A stretch of 56,935 nucleotides of DNA, counting the filler, from Sphacelaria rigidula (Eukaryota): the NCBI GenBank assembly GCA_964200075.2. It is 8 parts of 8 records of this genome, joined end to end, with 100 filler letters (N's around TTAATTAATTAA, not from the genome) between each part and the next. Parts side by side here need not be neighbours in the genome. Positions count along the whole stretch, not along the records: positions 42,778 to 49,806 come from CAXNAA020016877.1; positions 49,907 to 56,935 come from CAXNAA020016878.1; 6 more parts are not named here. The stretch is one strand, 5' to 3'. The position numbers and the translations under genes are program-made. The first letter of the stretch is position 1; each line of letters opens with the position of its first letter. This document shows positions 48,029-56,935 of this stretch, piece after piece. The notes beneath the pieces are model-generated. The model was not told where the DNA came from and made no database searches. It saw only the letters and a program-made list of their open reading frames with translations.

Positions 48029-48517
48029 ACCGTAAAAATGCGAGTCATCGCACAGGTCGGAGTGAACACACAGGTCGGAGTTAGCTCACCTCTGTGCGGT
48101 AAAAATCCAAGTAAGGAATAGGTTCATTTGATTTTTACACAGGGGTCGCAGTCATCACACCCTTTTTTGTGCCATGACTCCGACCAAGATCCCATTTCTG
48201 GGCATGAGGTTGCGTGCTGCCACGTGTGGCCCCGGGGTACATACCTTTTCAGTATCGCGCGTGTTGGAGCTATCACACAGCCATGAGTTTAACAACTAGT
48301 AACGTCGGTGCTGTGTTATGTTCAAAATCGCACAGGTTGGGGTGATCGCACAGAGTTGTGCGTTACAACAGTAAACCAGATTAACTAATTCGAATTCCTG
48401 AAAAAGACCGGAGTAATCTCACAGGTGGGAGTTGTCGCACAGTGCTGCGATAAAAGAGCATGCAGAGATGATTTATAATAAGCGATCGCATACTGTGCGA
48501 TGAATCGCACTTTCAGT
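48029..48517. mobile_element. MITE-like element with internal ATCGCACAG sub-repeats
   Basis: aaa(a/g)tgcga(g/t)tcatcgcacag inverted at both ends; repeated cgcacagg(t) motifs inside. Confidence 0.6.
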
Positions 48518-49806
48518 AGGGCTGTGAACTGGACCAGTTAATGCTGCCGATTGAACCAAAACTGGAGTTCAACTGGAAGTGGCGACGAGGGCGCCGGTTG
48601 TCTTTTTAATAGAAGGTTGCCGTTACCAGCTATATCTTTTTCAACAATTTAAGTATAGGACAGTTCTACGCTGTTCCAGACCACCTCATGAGATATTCAA
48701 GTTCAAGACGTCAGGAAACTAGCTCTACAAGAGCCCAACATCTGACCGATGGCGCACAAGAATGTATAAACGACATTGGTGGAGTCGGGTTCGGGCGCGC
48801 GCGGGGGGTGGTAACGCAGGGGACAAGAAATAACCGTCCCCGGGGGATGCTTTCTACCGTCGTTAGAATGTATTCACCTCAGTAGAATGTAAAAAAGGTT
48901 CGATAAGCTTGCTGTGTTGACTGCATAGAGTAGGATGTAGATGACAGGTTGCGTACAGTAGTCAAGCGGTCTGCGGACAAACTATACTGGCCCCGCGGTG
49001 CACGCAGCGGTAGAAAAGAGATGATGAGCGATGGTGACCCCACAGCCGCTGACCAGGGGCCTCCTGCTTGTTTTACGAGGGGGCGTTGTATTCTTCGACG
49101 AAGTGTGGACGGTGAACCACTGAGTTTCGCCTTCGAAGAATATAGTGCAAGACACCGCGCGTTGTTCTCCGTCATGACTCTCGTCTAGTCGAAGATATGC
49201 TGGCGACTGTCATCAAGCACTCGAACAGAAAGTCATGGCTGCTCCATTCAAATAGCAAGTACACGGGCGATCTGCATCTATCTTGGTTTTGGCGCACAAT
49301 CATATCACCCACTTTCCCCCGGTGACACCCCTTTCCGCAGAATTTCAGAGTCCCGAACCCCTCACCCGCGTAATCTGACGTTTAAACTCTGGGCGAAATC
49401 GCCGTTTTTCGCACATTTGTTTTGGTGTCCATCTGAGGATTCCGGTACCAACAGGGTCAAGAATCAAGAGTAGAAAGTTTGGTGCATGGCACACACGACC
49501 TCATGGAAAACATTTTCAAGGTATTGGTGATGTCTCATATGGAGGTTACACGCGTGGATTTTCCAGAGATGGGAAAGTAGCCGTCCCCTGGAGGGTTATC
49601 CACTGTTTTTCCTGTCGCAATCGAACGGTGGTACTCCTGATCATCCTAGGTACATGAGGATGTCGATGTTTTGATGATACCTCGTGCGTTCAGAAGCATC
49701 GTGTTGTCCGCCCACAAACGGCAAATGCGTCAAATCTCCCCCCCCCCCCCCCCCGCCGCCCCCGCGCAGACCACCGCGCGACCACCGCCCCGCCCCGGGC
49801 GGGGAG

Positions 49807-49906
49807 NNNNNNNNNNNNNNNNNNNNNNNNNNNNNNNNNNNNNNNNNNNNTTAATTAATTAANNNNNNNNNNNNNNNNNNNNNNNNNNNNNNNNNNNNNN
49901 NNNNNN
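49807..49906. other. Artificial contig-joining spacer
   Basis: N44-TTAATTAATTAA-N44. Confidence 0.98.
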
Positions 49907-50706
49907 GACGCCAACCCCATCGGGGGTCCGCCCCTACAAAGCCGGGACGGAGCACGCCGGGTTCTCGCCGGACCAGGCTATAGGTGAAATAATGGAACCA
50001 TGCTTCGGGTATTTGATGTGGATACGAAGATGTTAGTTCTCCGGGCTCTCATCGCCAATGAAAAGCTCCCTCCTCAATTTCGACGATCGGCTGTTCATTC
50101 GGCGCAGCTAGAAATAGCACCAATTCTGACATGATAGAATACGTGTGGTACTCCGCACGTGCACCTGTTGGGTATGCAAGAACTCTAGCCTACGACGAGA
50201 GATGAAAATATGATTTTATTTCCACACAGAGGTACAACCGACCACTACCCCACAGGGAGAGAGATCGACGCACTAAGCAAAATTCCCGTGATCGATTTGC
50301 TTCAAACTTTCTACGATCATTTCCTCGGCGTTTCTGCACTCTGTCTTGCGAGCCATGACTCTTCGTTCGATTCCGACTGGGCCCTTGTTCGTTTCCGTCA
50401 CTCCTTGTTGCTTTTCCCCCCAAAGCGGCGTGCGAATAGCGGTCTCTATTAGTTACATGAATAACCTCAAATTCGACCTTATAAAGGTAATGAGCCAGAC
50501 CCTCGCGTCACTATCACGCAGCATTTCTGTCCATCAGATACATATGTGCCCGAACTTCGGTTGAACGAAGAGCGCGTCTCCACCCTCACCCCTCCTCACC
50601 CCCCAACACCACCACTAGAACCAATAGCAACAGCAACCACATCAAAAGCAGCACCGCCACCGCGCTGGACCAAGAAATTACCATACATGTCGACCACATC
50701 ATCTGT

Positions 50707-50802
50707 CTATTTCTTGATCCACCTACTGCCGACCTCCGTTTTCCCTTCGACGAGGTTCTTCCAGTACGCGTGGCCTTCGTCGATTACTTTCACTGTGGAA
50801 GC
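50707..50802 (-). CDS. Last exon of soluble inorganic pyrophosphatase (family I)
   Basis: tttccAG|ASTVKVIDEGHAYWKNLVEGKTEVGSRWIKK-TAG, phase 0. Confidence 0.88.
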   Translation of the reverse strand, partial: ASTVKVIDEGHAYWKNLVEGKTEVGSRWIKK

Positions 50803-51652
50803 CTGGAAATAATGGGAAATGAGCATGGGTCCATGTAAGAGAATAACAAAAATGTGTAGACGAGAATACTCCGTAGTACGAGCGGATATATGTGATTTAT
50901 ATAATATGTGGGTTGTGAGGTATGAAGAACACGGGCGAAATGCCAAAACCTGAGCAAGCATTCTATATCGTATTTCGGACCAAATGGAGCACCAACTTAG
51001 ATTCTTGCGGTCGAGGGAAGACAAAAAACATGGACAACGGGATAAAACGATTCCGAACGATTGTCCCACATAACAGCATGGAAAAACAATGAAGTAAGCG
51101 TTGAAGGCATCATACACATCTTCACGGCCCTTGACGAAAAACACCCGTCAAGATTAAGTTCTCTGTCCAGTTTCGGGTGGCGGATTACATACGATTTCCA
51201 GCAGTGCTTTGATTCAAACAACGGGCGTCTCAGTAAATTGACTCTAAACAAGCTATGAACCCTGTATTCGTGGGAATAACATATATATTGCGCATACCGC
51301 TTCAATCCAACACAACGCCTCTAGTGAAAGTTGAAAAGAAAATGCGACTCGCGAAAGAGGTTCCTTTTGTCCATTGATCATCATTGAGAATTCGCAGATT
51401 TCTTCATCGCTGCATGCATGCTGCCAGAATGAAGCGTTGGGTATGGCGTGTTGTCCCCACAACAGTAAGGTTCAACGTGTGGTTAGCGCTCGCTAACTGA
51501 ATTTTCCACCATCTAGGTCAAACGCACGTGAGCCTTGTTGGAAATGGTTCCCGGTCTCAAACCAAAACGGAGTTTACCTATCACGGGCATTTTACCCTTC
51601 TGGGGAGTGAACCTGGGCAACAGAAACAAAACGACCTACAACGGCGACCCAC

Positions 51653-51826
51653 CTTGTCGAGTGCCTTCTCACCAAAGCCGAAAACGTTGAGTGGTTTCTC
51701 ATCGGGGGTTTTGTACCACCGGAACCACTCTCGGATGCCTGACACGTACCCTGGAAGGCGGTCCTCTACGTCCGAAATATCGTCAAGAACCTTGGCCAAT
51801 GGATTTTCCACGTTGATGGCGATCAC
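51653..51826 (-). CDS. Exon of soluble inorganic pyrophosphatase
   Basis: VIAINVENPLAKVLDDISDVEDRLPGYVSGIREWFRWYKTPDEKPLNVFGFGEKALDK|GT, with the WFRxYK.PD.KP.N.F motif. Confidence 0.93.
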
Positions 51827-52198
51827 CTTTTTTTGTAGTATGCAAACGTGGCCCACGTGGTGCGTTAAACAACAGAACAAACGTCCGCGACTGAACATCG
51901 TTTAAATCAAGTTGAGAGATGGAAATGGAGACTGAAATGAGGACTGGGTACATTCCTGTATAAAAAACGTAATCAGGCGATGTCCATCGCCTGTTTGGCA
52001 TGGTAACGTGCGTCGAGAAGTGGTGGATGGCAGGTGAAATGTAGCTTGCTCAGCGAAGGACACGCGCAAAAGAAGCATTCCCTGGGGACAGCGACCAAAA
52101 CTCCCACGTGTTTTTCCTTGCTGGTATCCCTTCAACTTGTCATCAAGACGATGATTCCCGGCCGTGTAGCACCTGCTCACGAGGGCGCTTGCATCATC

Positions 52199-52887
52199 GT
52201 GCAACTTCCATCTGGGATACAGTACCCAGCTTGAATATCCAGCTGAGATATATTACCCACGGGGTTCATCCAATTGGGATATGGCGCCCATCTGGAATAT
52301 TCATCTGGGAAACAGATGTCCGCCTGGGATATCTAAGTCCACATGGGGTATGGATATCGGTGGAGATATCTAACTTACTTACCCGTGGATATCCATCTGG
52401 GTTTTGGATGTTTGTGGTAAATATATTTGCGATGTCATGTGAGATGTCATTTCAGCCTGGGATTTTCACGTGGGTTATGCACATCGATCTGGGGTATTCA
52501 TCTGATGAGCCGTATCCATTTAAGATACCCACATGCAATATCTATCCGGGATTTTGATACCATCTGGAATTTCGAAATCCGTTTGCAATATCCATCATCT
52601 GTGAACATCCAGGCGGGATGTTATGTCTACCAAAAATGTCCATCTGCAGTAGTTGCGAGTGAGCCCCACGTGATTCACCTTGGGGAGCCTGGATAGACAC
52701 GCATATCTCGCACGGATATCCCGAAGAAACGGAAACGAAATCCGGAAGGGATACCCCACGTGCATGTGGATTTACGTATCAGGAATATCCCACGCGGATA
52801 TCCCAGCTGGACTTTCGTGTTCCACATGGATACGATTTCCGAGATGAATATCTCGAACTGATATCATATCCCAGATGGAAGTCGCAC
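52199..52887. mobile_element. Intronic MITE rich in CATCTGGG/GGATATCC sub-repeats
   Basis: GTGCAACTTCCATCTGGGATA ... TATCCCAGATGGAAGTCGCAC terminal inverted repeat. Confidence 0.8.
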
Positions 52888-53126
52888 AAAATTTCAAAGC
52901 CTTATGTCCTCGATGCTGGCAGTGTCATGCATCGGACAACACCACCTACTGAAATGCTTGCGAGATGGCAGCGTATCGTACAAGTGATTCCTGGACACTA
53001 TGATCACGGTCGAGCGATCAACCAAAGAATCCGACACGGCTGTGACGCAACCACCTTTGTCATTTGCGCAAAACATCGGTTATTTCCTTTTTCGCGGGAT
53101 GTTGAATTCCTGCGGTGAAACCTTGC

Positions 53127-53193
53127 CTTCCAATCCAGCTCGCCGTTGTCGATCATAGCCAGGCAGCCCAGGGGCTTCACAGCCCTCACAGAC
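53127..53193 (-). CDS. Exon of soluble inorganic pyrophosphatase (GC donor)
   Basis: cgtAG|G-SVRAVKPLGCLAMIDNGELDWK|GCAAGG, with the DxGExDWK active-site motif. Confidence 0.92.
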
Positions 53194-53598
53194 CTACGAG
53201 CGGAACAACAACGATTACACGTTACATTGTACACAGCCAAGGTTGGAATACGATCAAGTAGCCGCCCTGACTACTTGATCGCGTAATGTCTTCGAATGCG
53301 TATGTGTGTGGTTCATGCATATCGCTACAGTCAACAATTTCCAGGAGGAAGTGCTTTGACAATCCTGTGGTCTCTGGCTCTTCGTGGGTCAGAACTGTTG
53401 CACGTACAGTACGGCTGATCATCAGAAGTTGTGTCGATTAATTGGTTATCGCGCATTCATCAATGTTCGAGGAGTCCAGCTGTGGTCACCAGCGGGAACA
53501 AAGCAAGTTCCACTAAAGCATTGATGATATTGACATGACTATGAATACTACCACGCAATGGAATATCCATCGATATGTGGACGACGTTGTGAACTCAC

Positions 53599-53666
53599 CC
53601 CGATGCCAGCTTGGCCTCCCCAATCTCCACCACGTCGATCGGGTCTCCGTCACCGAAGCGCCCGAG
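53599..53666 (-). CDS. Exon of soluble inorganic pyrophosphatase
   Basis: catAG|LGRFGDGDPIDVVEIGEAKLAS-GG|GTGAGT, with the family I signature DGDPIDV. Upstream exons not found in the contig. Confidence 0.93.
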
Positions 53667-56600
53667 CTATGGAGTTGCGGATCGGCGAATGAAAAGGACA
53701 ACCAAATGAGCACGTATTGGATGTGTAAAATTAGTGCTTCGAGTCATTTCCCCTGCGAAAACGTACGTTCGGTGTAGCACTCCGAGCCCAAATGATTGAC
53801 ATCTCTACTGGGTTTTGAGCCCCGTAGAATGACAACGTAAGTATCGGATGACGTCGCATGTTCTCACGTGAAGAGAACCTATATAGCTAGGTTAAACATG
53901 CGTTTTATCCACGATTCACAAAACTGAATTCTATGCTTTGAGGCCTGTAATGCAACGTGAAGGTTGTGCGCAAACTCGCGATCTCTTGTCGGATTATGTT
54001 TGGGCAATGAAGTCACATGTTTTTCATCTGCTCATTACTACATCATTTCGAGGAGGTAATTCCGGAGCACATGAAATCACAGCCACAGCATTATTAGCTA
54101 TTATCGAAGAAACCCTACCGATGACGCTTTCTACGATACCCTCCCCCCCCCCCCCCCCCTTCCCAAATCCAGCCCAAATTTTTCACGAAGAAAATGGCCA
54201 CACGGCGCCTGATGTTTGGTTTTAAGCTGCATGAAGCGAAAACGGACCCAAGCGTGGGAATCCTCAGCTCCTCGTTGTTGCCGGCGTTTCCCCCTTCGAT
54301 TTACGTGTAGGTTTTGCCTCCCCAAACCAGCCATTTTTTTGTGCAGGGGTGGGGGGCCATCGTAGAAATTGTCCAATCCATTGTCCAGATTGTGATTACT
54401 TTACAACTTCGTGAAAACGAACAAAGATGCCTACATCAAGAATAAGAAATGTATACACACTAATATGGTTGCTGGACCAGTACCCTGGTATCTACTCCAT
54501 ACCGCAGGCGTGATGCTTTTAGATAAAGGTGAGAATTGTACTAAACGGTTTGTGATACTCAAGGGCTTGCAGCTCACAGGGTATCAGGATGTCAGCATAC
54601 CTGAAAAATTCAAAATTCCACAGGTCAAGTCTCCCAGTCGATCGCATTCGGGATAAACATAGCCATTTGCGACGTCGCCCCAATGCCCGTCTTCCCATGG
54701 TATTGGGCAAAGCCTCAAAATATCTACATTTTGTAAAGCCTTCGGTTTCTTGGGGATGTCGGTTTCGCTATATCGGAGACTCGGGTGAATTATACACTAC
54801 GAGGGGAATCTGATGAAGTTCAGTGACGTTGCAAGATATCAGGATATATGGGTCTGCTCGTAGACCCTGGGTTCCGTGACGCAGTGTTACCGCGTTTCCT
54901 ATTGTCATTGTTGTGGGTTGAGCGCAGCTAGACGCTGCTGGCCCCACCGTTGACAGTTGCTGGCTTTGCCTTGGTCGCTGACCCAGTTCTCCTACTCTGG
55001 CACCATCACTACGCTCTGCTCCTATGGCCGCGCCTCGGCTGTACTGAGTTAGAGAGCTGCTTGTGTATATAATATGATGCTATCAACATATGAGTCTCCA
55101 AACAGCAGTACAAATAATGGACTGACTGTTGTGTGCTTAATGAATTAACTGGAGGTCGTATGGTGTGCCCACGTTGAAATCTTGGTTCAGCTGGAACCAT
55201 GGTATCTCCTGGCGCTCGTACTGAGAGACCTCAGCCAATGTATTAGCTATATCCCCATCATTATAACAGTTGGCGTCGAAAAACGGACTTTGTTCTGCCT
55301 GGTTGGTCAAGTCTTACTCGTGTTGCTTGGCGTTGCGTTTGTCTGCTCGAGCCGCACCATAGTCAGCAAGTCGCTTTTTGTTTCTCTGCGTTTTTTTCTT
55401 GTACTTAGTGAGGCGCCCCCGTTTTATTCTGACTGTCGTAGGTGTCAGGTTACTGGGTTTAGTTGCATTGTACAACCGTAGGCTCTGCTGTGCGTTGCCC
55501 CCGCTTCGCGAATTAATGATTCATATCTGCCCCTCCGTTGGTACACTGCTTGTAGCTGCTGAGCGATATGCTGTAGCTGCTCTTCGGTTTTGTCCTCGCT
55601 TGTTTACATCCACGTAAGTGCCATGGTAGCGCACTTCGTTTGGTTATTGACCACGCGTAGATCTGACCAGAACTGGGTTATAATTCTGCCTTATTGTGTA
55701 TAGAGCCAACCGTCACCCTGCCTTCGAACAGGGTATCGCACGCGCCACTGTGCCACGTGCAAACTGTGTGGTGGTTAATAGTTGGTATCGACGGCTCATG
55801 CTGTAGTAACATCCGGCCCATTTGCCTTGCGCCGGAATAAAACGCCCCCCTGTATCTGGACGAGCACCCCAGATATTAGGAGATGCGCATACTCCCCCCC
55901 TTCCCCCCCGGGCGCCCTTTCGTGTGTTGCGGCACCCCACCGCGCAGCATGGTTCTGAGGTGTGGGAACCTGAACCGTCAGTCGTGGAAACAACAACTTC
56001 CCCCTTTGATAGCACACGCATATAATACCGGACGTCGCGTTGTTGACGTTGGTACAATTGATTCGAGTCTACGGTAGTAGTTGATTTCCGCCATTCTGGG
56101 ACAACGTCGCCTCCTCGATTTCTTTGTCATGGTGTTTTCCGTCAACGGTACTACAAATCGAGCCTCCTTTCAGAACTCACCTAATAATTAACGAATTGTG
56201 GTTTTAGCGACAAAATTTGCCTTCGGATGTAAGCCCACGAGTTTTGCGTGACCACCCCCCGATATTTGCCCACATCATTTCAGCCAGGCCCGGTTGACCT
56301 TTTCCTGTATTTACAGAGGACTCCCGTCGGGAGTACTATGGTTTAAGAGAAGGAATTTTTCTTTGCATGGAAGCCCATAAGTTTTGCGTGAACACCCCAC
56401 GATGTATGACAATATCGCTTCAGTCCAGCCCGATTGAGCATTTCCCTGTAGTATCAGATGGTTCCCGCTCCTTTTCAAGGAGAGAGGAATGGCCCCGTAA
56501 CCGCGCAGGTACTCCCAGCGCACCATGTCTCCTCTCATCAGTGCAAATAATAATATTCTGAGGTACGATGCAAATAATACTCGAGCTCGACCACTTTCCC

Positions 56601-56935
56601 TTGTAGGAGAGACGCCTTCGGACACAGCCCACGTGCCCCTTCCATATGCCGCTGCCTTACCAGCACCCTATTCGCTCGATCTGGTCAGATATCAGATCGT
56701 AGCCCCCTCAACACCGGTTGTATCGTAAGCCACAACATCAGTTGCTACGACATACCGCCCGCATCCCTCGGCAATGCGGCGAGCGATGAGCTCACCTTGG
56801 CGGATTTCGGAATCACCTAAATATCCCCCCCCTTCCCCCCCGATGGGGTTGGCGTCGGTTGGCGATGATGCTATAAAATACGCCACTCACTACGTAAGCT
56901 AGGCAACCAGGTTACCGCTTTTTGCGCGCGCGCGC

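Noticed and set aside
7031..49906. Regularly spaced TTAATTAATTAA palindromes (period about 7130 bp) as a biological repeat or recombination site
   Set aside because: Each is embedded in exactly 44+44 Ns; this is a synthetic six-frame-stop linker.
53133..53150. DNGELDWK instead of DEGExDWK as a sign of an inactive pyrophosphatase
   Set aside because: The main Asp and Lys residues and the DGDPIDV motif are intact; one substitution at a position I recall as variable is insufficient.
53700..56830. Upstream pyrophosphatase exons or other genes
   Set aside because: No WNYG or QTWE-type motif was found on the minus strand, and the short ORFs lack supporting features.

Overview
This is eukaryotic, intron-rich genomic DNA, most likely from a brown alga or related photosynthetic stramenopile (inferred from gene families, splice signals and repeat types). 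It is not one locus. Seven identical 100-nt spacers (N44-TTAATTAATTAA-N44) join eight fragments of 7030/7029 bp, consistent with length-sorted contigs concatenated in silico, so nothing across a spacer is linked. Contig 1 holds the last exon of a cyanobacterial-type MPBQ/MSBQ methyltransferase, a tRNA-derived SINE and a possible Ulp1-like protease relic. Contig 2 holds a spliced Pmp/adhesin-like beta-helix membrane protein gene with foldback MITEs in its third intron. Contig 3 holds a UBZ zinc-finger protein gene head-to-head with the first exons of ADAT3/TAD3. Contig 4 holds a non-autonomous LTR element abutting a broken Copia pol. Contig 5 holds the last exon of a G-protein alpha subunit and a LINE RT relic. 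Contig 6 holds a SINE, nested MITEs, an intronless TLDc-coiled-coil-BTB gene and a pogo-like transposase relic. Contig 7 holds exon 1 of CLN3/BTN1 and tandem repeats. Contig 8 holds four exons of a family I pyrophosphatase with a GC-AG intron. I found no convincing new multi-gene system. The best leads are the beta-helix receptor-like gene, the TLDc-BTB gene, the discordant LTR element and a MITE family with swapped termini. All family assignments are from motif recognition, not database searches.
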